64,000 bases of DNA. Source: a virus. The position numbers were made by a program, and so were the translations under genes. The notes beneath the pieces are model-generated. The model made no database searches. It had not been told where the DNA came from and worked only from the letters and a program-made list of their open reading frames with translations. Positions 37,551 through 47,538 of the stretch are shown in pieces. Position 1 is the stretch's first letter. Every line of letters begins with the position of its first letter. The stretch lies in the IMG/VR virus record IMGVR_UViG_3300045988_151198; one strand, written 5' to 3'.

Positions 37551-39524
37551 ATGGCAGAAGTACCTTCTAAAGTTGACGTTATTGTCAGTATGAAATCCGC
37601 ATTTAGGTCTAATTTGAGTACGGATTGCGTAAGATGGAATTATTCAAAACGCAATTTTGAGTACTGGAATGGAACTGAATGGGTGCTTGTCGGGGGCTCT
37701 TCTACTGGGGAGGGGCGGTCAATTCAAGATAGCTTGTCGTTATTTAATGTCCTTCCCCGGAATCCCTCCCTCAATCTTTTCGCGGACGAATATGAATACT
37801 CGTGGGGAAAGGTTCCTCCGCAAGTCACATTTACTCGTAATTCGTCAGCTACGTATTGGGGGCCTGACGGCGTATCTCATATCGCTGCGGCAGGAGAACC
37901 TCGTATTGATCATAATCCTGTTACGGGTGAATGTTTGGGATGGCTTCGTGAGCCACAGCGTACAAATCTTACAGATTACATAGCCATTAAAGGTCTAGGA
38001 ACTGATGGAGCGCATTATATAGAGCCTTCCGCTTCTTATAATTTTAAATTTAGATATAATGTATATAAGTATAGAATGGGTACTCCTACAAATACACAGT
38101 TCGGAGTTTTTACCCTAGCAGTTATCCCAAAAGAAGATCAAACATATTTCAGTTCAATATTTTTTAGATGTGATAAAAATAGTCCTTTATCTATTATAAA
38201 TATTGATACTCCGAATTATGTTGCTATCCAAGGCGGTGGATTATCCGTAGATTTTAATTTCAAGACTAATACTATCATTAGAAAATCTGCTGCTATAACT
38301 GAAAATAATTTTGGTCTTGAGGATGTCGGGGACGGATGGTTTAGAGCATGGTTCCGTTTTAAAGGAGCAGAAAACGCAAATGTAAAAACGGGCATACGTA
38401 TGTATTTTAAAGATTCTGCGGGTCTTGTTACAACTTTTAATGGGGACGGTAAATCCACCTTCTGGTATTGCTGCCCTCAAACAGAAGAAGCCGAAGATTT
38501 TGATACTAAACCAACATCCCCGATTCCTACGGAAGGAACCGCCCAAGTTACAAGAGCCGAAGATAAGTTTTCTATAAATAACGGGATTACGTTTACTAGA
38601 GCATCACAAGCTACGTATTTTGATGCGGAAGGATATATGAGAACTGTCGGAAACGATATTGAACGGCCTTTATATGATAATAAAACGGGTAAATTTATTT
38701 CTACTTTCCTCGAAACACAAAGAACGAATTATGCTACTGCTGCGGGCATAAACAGGCTTACAAAAGAGGAAATTCAAGATAAATTCATCGGCTCCGCATT
38801 AAAATTGACGCTTGACGCAACTTTAGATTCGTATCATTACGCAAACTATAGATTATACACACCTGCTGAAATTCCGGATCATGTTGGGGAGGATGTAACA
38901 TTTTCATTAGTAGTAAAACCTGTAAATCATAGGTATATTCAATTAAAAATTGGTTCCGATATTACGGGAATTACAGGATATTATGGAGCTTCATACGATA
39001 TAAAAACATGCTCTCTCATAAAAGTCGTTAAACCTACTTCTTCAAATATAGTATGGAGAACTACCATAGAAAAAATGCGAAACGGATGGGTTCAAGTTTC
39101 TATTGGTGCAAGAATCCTAGAAGAATATTCTACAGGTACAATTTCCAATTACGGTTTTTATTCAGGATTATATTTTGCCGATGCTACAGGAAATACCAGA
39201 ATCGATGGAGATTCATTTTCGTCTATTTTAGTTGGAAATATTCAAACTGAGATCGGAATTGGATACTCATCTTATATCCCTATTGTCAATAATACCGCAA
39301 CTACTCGTGCTATGGATAACTATACTAACGTATTTCCGACAAAGGACTCTCCATTTTTATTTAACCCGGTAAAACAAGCATTCTTCTTTAATGAGGGTGA
39401 TGGAAAACGGGCATATAACTTAAAAACTACTAGAACAATCGAATTTTCTATGGGCACCACGAAACAGTGCGTCGTTTTCCCCGCGCATTTAACAAATAGC
39501 CAACTTTCAGATTTAATTAGATAA
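37551..39524 (+). CDS. tail fibre / receptor-binding protein (putative)
   Basis: 657 aa after the J-like gene. The C-terminal two-thirds are AT-rich and aromatic-rich (jelly-roll or lectin-like composition). Confidence 0.45.
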   Translation: MAEVPSKVDVIVSMKSAFRSNLSTDCVRWNYSKRNFEYWNGTEWVLVGGSSTGEGRSIQDSLSLFNVLPRNPSLNLFADEYEYSWGKVPPQVTFTRNSSATYWGPDGVSHIAAAGEPRIDHNPVTGECLGWLREPQRTNLTDYIAIKGLGTDGAHYIEPSASYNFKFRYNVYKYRMGTPTNTQFGVFTLAVIPKEDQTYFSSIFFRCDKNSPLSIINIDTPNYVAIQGGGLSVDFNFKTNTIIRKSAAITENNFGLEDVGDGWFRAWFRFKGAENANVKTGIRMYFKDSAGLVTTFNGDGKSTFWYCCPQTEEAEDFDTKPTSPIPTEGTAQVTRAEDKFSINNGITFTRASQATYFDAEGYMRTVGNDIERPLYDNKTGKFISTFLETQRTNYATAAGINRLTKEEIQDKFIGSALKLTLDATLDSYHYANYRLYTPAEIPDHVGEDVTFSLVVKPVNHRYIQLKIGSDITGITGYYGASYDIKTCSLIKVVKPTSSNIVWRTTIEKMRNGWVQVSIGARILEEYSTGTISNYGFYSGLYFADATGNTRIDGDSFSSILVGNIQTEIGIGYSSYIPIVNNTATTRAMDNYTNVFPTKDSPFLFNPVKQAFFFNEGDGKRAYNLKTTRTIEFSMGTTKQCVVFPAHLTNSQLSDLIR

Positions 39525-39539
39525 AGGAAAAATCTCATT

Positions 39540-39878
39540 ATGAATACTGCTATAGCACCAATGCCTTCGGAGCTTATCAATGCGTATACAGATTTCTATT
39601 TCGCCGCTCCTAATGTAGCCGCCCTTGAAGAATCATTGGGAATCTCTCTTAACGATCCTCCGGAAGGTGTTTATGTCGATTATATTGGAAAAGCCGAAAA
39701 AACTCCTCCGATATATTCAAACGATGACCCAGAAAATGCTACTATCGTTACTCCGGCTACTTATTATGATTTTGAATTGGTCAATATCCGAATTTCGAGT
39801 TTCGTAATTCCAGACAAATTCGTTAACTCGAAATTCCTTATTCCTGAGCCTAAGACTCCAGTTAGAGTGTGGTTTTAA
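39540..39878 (+). CDS. hypothetical protein (tail fibre-associated)
   Basis: 112 aa. Confidence 0.4.
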   Translation: MNTAIAPMPSELINAYTDFYFAAPNVAALEESLGISLNDPPEGVYVDYIGKAEKTPPIYSNDDPENATIVTPATYYDFELVNIRISSFVIPDKFVNSKFLIPEPKTPVRVWF

Positions 39879-39879
39879 A

Positions 39880-40209
39880 ATGAATAATACTCAAATTTGG
39901 GCAGAATTAAAATCCGCCCATGAAGTAAAGATTTCAAATATTTTTCATCAAATAACGCCAATTCCAGCCACGGCGTCTATATTTACCGTAAATCATACTG
40001 GCCTTTTAATGGCTTCTGGAATTTCTTCCACGGATGTTGGTCAGGTATGGTTGATAAATTTAAGGTCTACAGAAAACTCATCCGGTTATTCCGGTGGTGG
40101 TACGGGAAATGCGGTGGGCGCAAGTATCCATGTTGTTGATGGGGATAGAGTCCAAATTTATTATAGTGGAGTGAATATGGATAGTTTAAAAATAGCGGAA
40201 TTTATGTGA
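39880..40209 (+). CDS. hypothetical protein
   Basis: 109 aa with a Gly-rich C-terminus. Confidence 0.4.
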   Translation: MNNTQIWAELKSAHEVKISNIFHQITPIPATASIFTVNHTGLLMASGISSTDVGQVWLINLRSTENSSGYSGGGTGNAVGASIHVVDGDRVQIYYSGVNMDSLKIAEFM

Positions 40210-40286
40210 TTGCATAAATTTGATATTGACAAATTCCAAAATATCTGGTAGATGGATAAAAATAAAAAAAATTATTGGAGAGGATT

Positions 40287-40556
40287 ATGAATTCTAAAAA
40301 GATTGAAGAAATTATGAAGTTTGTAGACGGGGTCCAGCGTGAAGCCAATGAAGACTATGCTTTGATTACGCAGTTGCGTAGCTCGCTTTTTTTCCTCGAC
40401 AAGTCCCTCGAACAGAAGCAAAAAGATCTTGAAAAAGTATCTGAAAAATTGAAAGGATTCTTCAATGCGATGATTGCCCCCGATCCGGAAATTACTCATG
40501 AGAATGCTTCCGAATCCGACGAAAAGGCGGAAATCGTCGACTTGAATAAATCCTGA
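40287..40556 (+). CDS. hypothetical coiled-coil protein
   Basis: Start set to the ATG at 40287 after the GGAGAGG RBS. Confidence 0.4.
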   Translation: MNSKKIEEIMKFVDGVQREANEDYALITQLRSSLFFLDKSLEQKQKDLEKVSEKLKGFFNAMIAPDPEITHENASESDEKAEIVDLNKS

Positions 40557-40593
40557 ATATAAAAGTTTTTTACTATGATAAGGTAATTTCTAA

Positions 40594-42168
40594 ATGGCAA
40601 ATCCTAATTTTTCCGCACCAGCAATATCCAATAAAATCGCATCGGATATTGATTCCATTCGAGAACTTGCAAAACTTATTGCGAGGCTGCGAGGGGATCT
40701 TGCTGACAATGCTCCGGACGGTACTATTATCTTCAATCAATCCGCAATGAATTTCCAGATGAAAAGCGGCTCGGTCTGGAATGCTTTGGATGGCGATACT
40801 GGCAAGTACGCTTTCAATGTCGATAAGCTTGATGGGTTTCATGCTAATGCGGGGATTATAGCCAATTCCATCGTGGTGCGGGATTCCAAGGGCGTGATTC
40901 CCGGAAACATCTCCGGGCGTGCCCCTAATGCTACACAAGCTGATAAGCTTACTACGGTTAACCCCATTGCGAAAGGGGGGACAGGAGCTTCTACTGCTGC
41001 ACAGGCTCGTGCTAATCTTGGTACGAATGACGTAGGTAATTTGACAGCAGGGGTTCTGCCTTTTAAACGTGGCGGTACTGGCAGGACTGATGGTAGCGCT
41101 CAGGATGTTCAAATAAATAGTAGTGGTGAGGGGATTAATGCCAATCTGACTACCGCTAAAGGATGCGGTCAGCTCGGATTATTGGCTCTTGGAAAAGGTA
41201 TTGGCACCGATGCTAATTTGTTCATTGCAAACGGAAATTTCTGGTTTAATAATGAGCACGCATTAACGAATTTTCCAATAAATAGTGTAGGTGGGATACT
41301 CACTGTTCGCGGCTATTATACATATGCGCGACAAGAATTCGTTAATTATAACAATACTGGCAGATATTGGCGATTAACTCAAAATTCAGGTTCAACGTGG
41401 ACCCCGTGGTATCGTGTCCCCGAAGGTTTGACAGATAATTACACCACAAATTCGTCTGTCGTTGCCGCATCCGCTAAAGCCTTGATGAATCTCAAATCTT
41501 ACGCGGATACGAAATTGCCTTTGGCTGGCGGGGCTATGACCGGAAGGATTAACGGATTGCGGGGGACTTATAATAGTTCAATCATTGCAAGATATAGTAC
41601 TTCCGCTTTAGAAATTAGAGAAAATGACGGTGTTGGTAATACGCAAACAGATATAGGATATGCTCCATCAATCGGCTTTCATTGGGCGAATATAGCTGCG
41701 GCACAGCTTGTTTTAAGAGCAGATGGGTCTTTCGCCTTCATTAAACAGGGCGGCGAAAGAAATTTTGTTGATTGTTGGGCCGCTCTTGCCGAGACTTCGC
41801 GGTATGTACGTAATTCAGGCGATCAAGATATGAGATTTTATTGGGATGGTCAAGCCGGGCAGCCGCAATGGTTATGGGGATCTAATGACGGCGTAAATAT
41901 AAAAGTGTGGAATCCTTCAAATTTCTCCGTAAACTATGCAAATAGAGCAGGTTCTGCTCCAGCAGATGGTGGGACATCATGGCAAACGGTAAATGTTCCA
42001 AATGTATGGTACGTCCCTTCCGGAGGGGTGACGGTGCCAGCGGGCGGAACATTCCTGTTTGTTTACATGCCTTGGGATTCCCACTATCTTAGCCATTCCT
42101 ATTTGCCTGGAGGCCACCAGATAGGAAATCGGATTTGCGATGGTGGCCTCCTAATCCGAGTTTCATAA
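40594..42168 (+). CDS. tail fibre protein
   Basis: Contains the classic fibre motifs ...DKLDGFHANAG... and ...IAKGGTGASTAAQARANLG.../...KRGGTGRTDGSAQ. Confidence 0.65.
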   Translation: MANPNFSAPAISNKIASDIDSIRELAKLIARLRGDLADNAPDGTIIFNQSAMNFQMKSGSVWNALDGDTGKYAFNVDKLDGFHANAGIIANSIVVRDSKGVIPGNISGRAPNATQADKLTTVNPIAKGGTGASTAAQARANLGTNDVGNLTAGVLPFKRGGTGRTDGSAQDVQINSSGEGINANLTTAKGCGQLGLLALGKGIGTDANLFIANGNFWFNNEHALTNFPINSVGGILTVRGYYTYARQEFVNYNNTGRYWRLTQNSGSTWTPWYRVPEGLTDNYTTNSSVVAASAKALMNLKSYADTKLPLAGGAMTGRINGLRGTYNSSIIARYSTSALEIRENDGVGNTQTDIGYAPSIGFHWANIAAAQLVLRADGSFAFIKQGGERNFVDCWAALAETSRYVRNSGDQDMRFYWDGQAGQPQWLWGSNDGVNIKVWNPSNFSVNYANRAGSAPADGGTSWQTVNVPNVWYVPSGGVTVPAGGTFLFVYMPWDSHYLSHSYLPGGHQIGNRICDGGLLIRVS

Positions 42169-42189
42169 TAAAAAAAAAGGATAATACAT

Positions 42190-42750
42190 ATGGATTACGG
42201 AGATATTATTCATAGAATTGATGACGATTCTTTTGTCATTATTAAAAACGGGCTTCCTTACCACGTCCCCAAGAATATAGACGAGTATTCGGAGGAATGG
42301 AAAAGCGTTTCGGAATATGCAAAAAATAACCCAGAAAAAGTTTCTGTAGAAGAAGGAAAAGCGATTACGCTTGAAAATCTTAAAGAATCAAAAAAAAGCT
42401 CTATAGACTATGAAACTCGAAATAGAATCTATGATGGATTTAATTATGTGATAAATGGATTAGAATATCATTTTTCTTATGGTGCAACTGATCAACAAAA
42501 TTATGCAGATGATGCTAATTTAATTTTATATCAAAAATATTCTGGAATAGAGCCAATTTCGATCATATCTAGGACAGGATATTCCATCCCAGATAACAAT
42601 CCAGTTTCTTTTCAATTTAAAGGCGATGCGTTCCTTGACCTTTATTATAATGGAGCTTTAGCTCATAAGAATAAAGCATTGAAAGAAGGTAAAGAGCGTA
42701 AACTTAAAGTCGAAAAAGCCTCTACAAAAGAAGAATTGGACACTATTTAA
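42190..42750 (+). CDS. hypothetical protein (possible tail fibre assembly or chaperone)
   Basis: 186 aa, AT-rich, directly after the fibre gene. Confidence 0.4.
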   Translation: MDYGDIIHRIDDDSFVIIKNGLPYHVPKNIDEYSEEWKSVSEYAKNNPEKVSVEEGKAITLENLKESKKSSIDYETRNRIYDGFNYVINGLEYHFSYGATDQQNYADDANLILYQKYSGIEPISIISRTGYSIPDNNPVSFQFKGDAFLDLYYNGALAHKNKALKEGKERKLKVEKASTKEELDTI

Positions 42751-42760
42751 AAAGGTAAAT

Positions 42761-42931
42761 TATGGAAGACCTCTCTTTTCAAAATAATATTTTTTCTATC
42801 CGTGGAATTAAGAAAAATGCAGACCAATCTTTTACCATAACTCTTGGTATTGGCGACCAGACTGCGGAATTTATTATCCCGGATACTGATGAATATGAAC
42901 TTATTTATGACGGAATCAAAGAGTTTCTGGA
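42761..42931 (+). CDS. small hypothetical protein (56 aa)
   Basis: Too short for the ORF track. An ATG at 42761 gives MEDLSFQNNIFSIRGIK... Confidence 0.25.
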
Positions 42932-42959
42932 TAACAACTAAAAAGGACAATATACGAAT

Positions 42960-43319
42960 ATGAGCGACACACATCAAACAGTTACGGTAGGCGGTGGGGA
43001 GAAAACGGACGGAATTTCTAGTGCTATTCTTGCATTTGCTAAAGATATTCCGAGGGAAGTTTCAGATCATGTATCTACGCTCTTTTGGAGGATGCTGACG
43101 TTGCTTCTTATCGTCATGTTCCTTCTTACCGGGGGAGCTTCCTATTATTTTTCATCAAGAATCAATGATATGGAAGCTCAAATCTCTGAGAAAAACAGAG
43201 CTATCGAATCAATTAATCGTAGACATAGAGATCTGGTTAGGGCTATCGGCAAGGGAGATATTCAGTCTCTTTCTAAAGCGAATATTAAATCAGATTCAAA
43301 TCATGAAATTTCAGAATAA
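42960..43319 (+). CDS. single-pass membrane protein with a coiled-coil C-terminus (holin- or spanin-like candidate)
   Basis: TM segment LTLLLIVMFLLTGGASYYF followed by a charged coiled coil. Confidence 0.35.
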   Translation: MSDTHQTVTVGGGEKTDGISSAILAFAKDIPREVSDHVSTLFWRMLTLLLIVMFLLTGGASYYFSSRINDMEAQISEKNRAIESINRRHRDLVRAIGKGDIQSLSKANIKSDSNHEISE

Positions 43320-43337
43320 AAGTGGCAATGGTAAACA

Positions 43338-43580
43338 ATGGCTACATCCGACGCTAATATTTGTCCCGTTTGCAAAGAAAGGGCTTTTTATCAAACAACC
43401 GTAGTAGCTTTTGAAGATACTCATTTACATCGATTAGGAATGGAAGAGAGATCGACCTATACTTGTGCCGTATGCGGAGCGACTTTTCTGAGAAAGGTAA
43501 AACCTGAGTTTTATCAAGTCAAAACTCAAACGCCTCCAGCTTGGCTAGTAAGGAAATTAAGCAAGAAGGAGGCTAAATAA
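43338..43580 (+). CDS. zinc-ribbon protein (CPVC...CAVC)
   Basis: 80 aa with two CxxC pairs. Confidence 0.4.
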   Translation: MATSDANICPVCKERAFYQTTVVAFEDTHLHRLGMEERSTYTCAVCGATFLRKVKPEFYQVKTQTPPAWLVRKLSKKEAK

Positions 43581-44860
43581 TGGCATACGAACCTCGTACA
43601 AGCAAAGGTCTTCGTTTTTTCCGGGGAACAGGGACAGACCTTGCAACGACATCATGGCAGATAATTAATGGTATTTCGGATTGGGCGGCCCCAACACCCA
43701 CCATCCAATCTATCGATATGACGACGATTAAGGATGAAGCCACTGTATACGCTCCCGGAATCCGAGAGAGCGGAAGCTCATCCATGACCCTGTATTTTGA
43801 TGATTTAAACACGATTCACCAGAATCTTTTGATTGCCGATAGCAAGTCTGCGGTCAACATCCCTTATCGCATCGATTTTACTGAGACAGGGACTAGCGTA
43901 GCCTTCATGGGGCACCCAACCTCTGTACCTGTTTCCGGTTCCGTAGGCTCCGCAAATAGCGCTGCGATTACATTCTATGTTTCCGGCGACCCTGAATGGT
44001 CTTTCGGTTCTGGAAGTAGCCCTGAGCTTGATCCTTCCCAATTTCCGGAATCCGTAAAAGAAAGATTCGTTATTGCTACCAATGAAGCTGCAATGCTTTC
44101 CTTGACAATCAAAAACGTACAAAATGGTGACTCTGTAATTGTCAAAGAGCCGAAGCCTCTTATGTACGCTGTGGTCGATGACGGCGCACTTGGTACAATG
44201 GCGGCTTTTTATGCTTATCAGGCTAAATCTGATTGGAGCCTTCTTTCTAGTATCCCTGCCACATTTAAGCCTTCTGCACATGCGGATGAAAGTGCGGCGT
44301 ATGGATTAGCAACAACAACTCTGTATGGTCATGCAAAAATCACGACAACTACTCCAAAAGCCCTCGGCGTAGCCAACGTAGGCTCGGAAGATGCGTTTGC
44401 TAGAGGCGACCATGTTCATCCAGCTCAAACAGAAGTGTCCGGCAATGCTGCAACGGCTACGCAATGGAAAACTCCGAGAACATTCTATATCTCTGGGGTA
44501 TATAAAGCGGAAGCTATTGTTAATGGGACGAAAAATATAGATTTCGCTCTGGAAAAGAATATCCAAAGTTTGGCTTCCGGTACGGGCACCGTTTCAGTTG
44601 AATTAGTCCCTTCCGTAACCCACATCGTTACAGTAGACCGCGCCTTTACTGTAACGATCCCCGCAGGGTTACAATCCGATAAATTTTATGAGTTTCATGC
44701 CATCCTTAAAGCCGCGAATACCTCTGCTGCATTAACGATTTCCGAACCTATTCAATGGGAAAACAATACGCCCCCCTCACTCACTGAAAATAAAGTTACT
44801 GAAATTAAAATACAGATCTATGGTAATATAAAAATCGGAACATACCGTATATTCGGATAA
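43580..44860 (+). CDS. major-tail-protein paralog with a fibre-like C-terminal extension
   Basis: The first 150 aa or so (MAYEPRTSKGLRFFRGTGTD...IHQNLL...) align with the tail tube protein 24504..25307. The C-terminal 250 aa carry the fibre-like motif AYGLATTTLYGHAKITTTTPKALGVANVGSEDAFARGDHVHP. Confidence 0.55.
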   Translation: MAYEPRTSKGLRFFRGTGTDLATTSWQIINGISDWAAPTPTIQSIDMTTIKDEATVYAPGIRESGSSSMTLYFDDLNTIHQNLLIADSKSAVNIPYRIDFTETGTSVAFMGHPTSVPVSGSVGSANSAAITFYVSGDPEWSFGSGSSPELDPSQFPESVKERFVIATNEAAMLSLTIKNVQNGDSVIVKEPKPLMYAVVDDGALGTMAAFYAYQAKSDWSLLSSIPATFKPSAHADESAAYGLATTTLYGHAKITTTTPKALGVANVGSEDAFARGDHVHPAQTEVSGNAATATQWKTPRTFYISGVYKAEAIVNGTKNIDFALEKNIQSLASGTGTVSVELVPSVTHIVTVDRAFTVTIPAGLQSDKFYEFHAILKAANTSAALTISEPIQWENNTPPSLTENKVTEIKIQIYGNIKIGTYRIFG

Positions 44861-44960
44861 TCTTAAATAACTCCGTCGACGGTCGTGGACGCATTTCAAT
44901 ATTTAAAACTTCGCGCTATATTGCCCCCATGATGTTAATCATCACTTTGGGGGCTTTATT

Positions 44961-45476
44961 ATGTCTAACGCAACTACAGGATTTAATCAATCCGCATATT
45001 CTTCTCCTACGCAACGCTCTTCTATGCCTATGAACACATACAGCTACGCGATGGTAAGTTCTGATGGCGTTATTTACACATGGGATGTCAATGCCGGAAA
45101 CCAACCTATCGGGGTAGCCACGGAGATTCACGAGAAGCTTAAAGCGCAGCTTATACAAGCGATTGATAAGGCAGAGTCTTATTATAAGATGCTCGTAGAA
45201 AACGGAATTATAAAGCCTGAACCTACGCAAGAAGAAGTTCTTAACAACGCTTTGAAGGAATTGCAGGAATCCCGTGCGCAGAATGCTAAACTGGCTGAGA
45301 TGATTGCTGGTCTTACCGATAAGATTCAAGTCATTTCATCGAATATCGCTTCAACTAAGTCCGTCAATGAGGAAACTCAGGACACTCCGAAATTCGTAGA
45401 TGACGTGATTAAGGAAGATGCAAAGAATCCTCCAGTTAAAATGGAACAAGGCAACAATAGAGGTAATAAACGATGA
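44961..45476 (+). CDS. hypothetical protein
   Basis: 171 aa. Confidence 0.45.
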   Translation: MSNATTGFNQSAYSSPTQRSSMPMNTYSYAMVSSDGVIYTWDVNAGNQPIGVATEIHEKLKAQLIQAIDKAESYYKMLVENGIIKPEPTQEEVLNNALKELQESRAQNAKLAEMIAGLTDKIQVISSNIASTKSVNEETQDTPKFVDDVIKEDAKNPPVKMEQGNNRGNKR

Positions 45477-45841
45477 ACGTACAAAAGATCATGAGCATTG
45501 TAAATACCTTGTCCGGAGGAAACTCAAAGGTAATTGACGCCGCGCAAAAGGCTATCTCCGAATCTCGTAATTACCAACCAACTCTTGAGGGCGCACTTCA
45601 AGTTGCCCAGAAGTTTGGTATTGATGCTCAAATTCTTGCGGGGATGAAGAAACATTTGGACAATCCCGCCATTAAGATGGGACTGAACTCCATAGCTCCC
45701 GGAAGCATCGACAAAATTACCGAGATGGGGAATCAGCTTGAGGCCGCGCTTCGTCAAAGAGGTCCAGCCCCTACTTCAAACGCTCCTAATCCCGGAAACG
45801 ACGAATTGGCTAAACGCCTTCAAAAACTTGGAATAAAATAA
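45473..45841 (+). CDS. hypothetical protein
   Basis: 122 aa; overlaps the upstream stop (ATGA). Confidence 0.45.
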   Translation: MNVQKIMSIVNTLSGGNSKVIDAAQKAISESRNYQPTLEGALQVAQKFGIDAQILAGMKKHLDNPAIKMGLNSIAPGSIDKITEMGNQLEAALRQRGPAPTSNAPNPGNDELAKRLQKLGIK

Positions 45842-45921
45842 TACCTTCGGTGATTCGAGAAGAAATTCGCAGTTTCTTCTCTTCACATATACCCAAAAAC
45901 TTTTTTTATGGAGAATGACTT

Positions 45922-46491
45922 ATGGAATCTGAACGCGAATCTTCCATGAACTTCGGCTGGATCTTTATCGTGCTGCTCCTGTTCTTCGGGATCTTCGGCG
46001 GTGGCTTCGGCTGCGGTGGTAACGGCCTGTTCGGTCGTGGTAATTGCGGTGGTGCCGCTGCTGTTGCTGGTACCGAGCTTGCTGATCTGGTCGCGCTGCG
46101 CTCCGTGCTTGGTCACAAGACCATGACGGATAACTGCCAGACCGACCGCGATGTTCTGGAACTCAAGTGCAACATGACTGCGCAGAACGCTGTGCTGACG
46201 CAGCAGCTTGAAACTGCCTTCCGCACGATTATCTCTAATCAGGACGCTGGTTTCTCGGCTCTGCGTACTCAGATGCTCGAAGACCAGATTCGTACCCGCG
46301 ACATGACCCTGATGGCTCAGAACAACGAAATTCAGGGGCTCAAGGCGCAGATGTACAATGACGGTCGTTTCAACGCTCTGGAACGCTCCATTGAAGCTGG
46401 TTTCTGCCAGACTGTCAAGCGTCCGCCCTTCTTCCCCGTGGGTTGCTCCCCGTGCGTGAATCCTTGTGGTTGCGGTGGCGTCACCGCCTAA
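45922..46491 (+). CDS. membrane-anchored Gly/Cys-rich protein with a YjcZ-like N-terminus and central coiled coil
   Basis: NFGWIFIVLLLFFGIFGGGFGCGGNGLFGRGNCGG resembles the sporulation YjcZ-family peptide motif. The C-terminus is CSPCVNPCGCGG. Local GC is about 57% against a genome background of about 41%. Confidence 0.5.
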   Translation: MESERESSMNFGWIFIVLLLFFGIFGGGFGCGGNGLFGRGNCGGAAAVAGTELADLVALRSVLGHKTMTDNCQTDRDVLELKCNMTAQNAVLTQQLETAFRTIISNQDAGFSALRTQMLEDQIRTRDMTLMAQNNEIQGLKAQMYNDGRFNALERSIEAGFCQTVKRPPFFPVGCSPCVNPCGCGGVTA

Positions 46492-46568
46492 CACGGGCTG
46501 ATTTCACCTTGATATGAGAGGGGTGCAATTAAACCCCTCTCATTAACCACAATGTACGGAGAATTACT

Positions 46569-47006
46569 ATGTGCAATCGCTGCTGCATTCCGTGCATCCG
46601 TGTAGCAAGTATCACTACAACCGCCACGACTGCGACTCTTACTCTGGCTACCAGTATTCCGGTAGGAAGATTTGATATCGTAGTTGGAAGGAACTTGTGC
46701 ATCAGTCCTTGTGCTGATGAAGAAGTTCAGATTGTTGCTGGAGGCGTTACGTTTACGAACGTACTCAACACCTCTGGGAACTATCTTACCCTTGGACAAC
46801 TTTCTCGTTTCGTCCGATGCGGCTGCCGCATTCGTATGATTCAGGCAAGCAATCCTGCGGGTAACATCATGGCTATTGATGTGTCTTGCCCCGGCCCGAA
46901 CGGAGTACCCATCGTAAACTGCGGGACATCTTTGCTTCCCGTAACCGCCTCTGCTTCCCTCGCTTCCCCGGAACTTGACAAGTCGGAAGCCCCCGCTAAG
47001 AAATAA
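46569..47006 (+). CDS. Cys-rich secreted or structural protein
   Basis: MCNRCCIPCIRV... with 13 Cys and Thr/Ala runs. Part of the same high-GC island. Confidence 0.45.
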   Translation: MCNRCCIPCIRVASITTTATTATLTLATSIPVGRFDIVVGRNLCISPCADEEVQIVAGGVTFTNVLNTSGNYLTLGQLSRFVRCGCRIRMIQASNPAGNIMAIDVSCPGPNGVPIVNCGTSLLPVTASASLASPELDKSEAPAKK

Positions 47007-47113
47007 AGTATCCGGGATTTGGGAGCATACGTAGCCTATGACTACGTAACCCCTACCGCGCAGCGTGGGACGATTTTTATCTTCTCGCGCTGCGTTTTTA
47101 TTAAGGAAATATC

Positions 47114-47518
47114 ATGTTTAGATTAGGACTCGGTATCCTGTTAGGATGGCTTATCTTTGACGAAGAAGGGAAAAAGGCTTCGAATAAGGCTGGTAAATTT
47201 ATCAAAGATAAATCCGGTGAAGCCATAGACTATGCGTCTAAGCATATTGATACGGATAAAGTCGCTGATTTCGTTAAAAAGCAAATTTCCCCGAAAGGCA
47301 TTGCTGAAAATATCGCCCAAGACGTAGCTGAGGATGCCGTCATAGATACGGTTGCAGAGGAAGCTGTGCTTGGTAATGCCGCCGGAGGCATTCTAGCCGG
47401 AGGTATTCTAGCCGGAGAAACTTTGGCTACCGAACGAAACAACGAAAATTTGAATCAGATTGACCTTCTTCAACAGCGTGTAGATGCTTTGGCAGCAGAA
47501 AACGCGCCCATTATATAA
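47114..47518 (+). CDS. membrane protein (N-terminal TM, Gly/Ala-rich region)
   Basis: 134 aa; the N-terminus is LGLGILLGWLIF. Confidence 0.45.
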   Translation: MFRLGLGILLGWLIFDEEGKKASNKAGKFIKDKSGEAIDYASKHIDTDKVADFVKKQISPKGIAENIAQDVAEDAVIDTVAEEAVLGNAAGGILAGGILAGETLATERNNENLNQIDLLQQRVDALAAENAPII

Positions 47519-47538
47519 CCACCACAAGGAAATGAATC

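Noticed and set aside
45883-46494. 203-aa minus-strand ORF in the high-GC island
   Set aside because: High GC produces long spurious antisense ORFs. The plus-strand ORF has a TM segment, a coiled coil and a proper start context.
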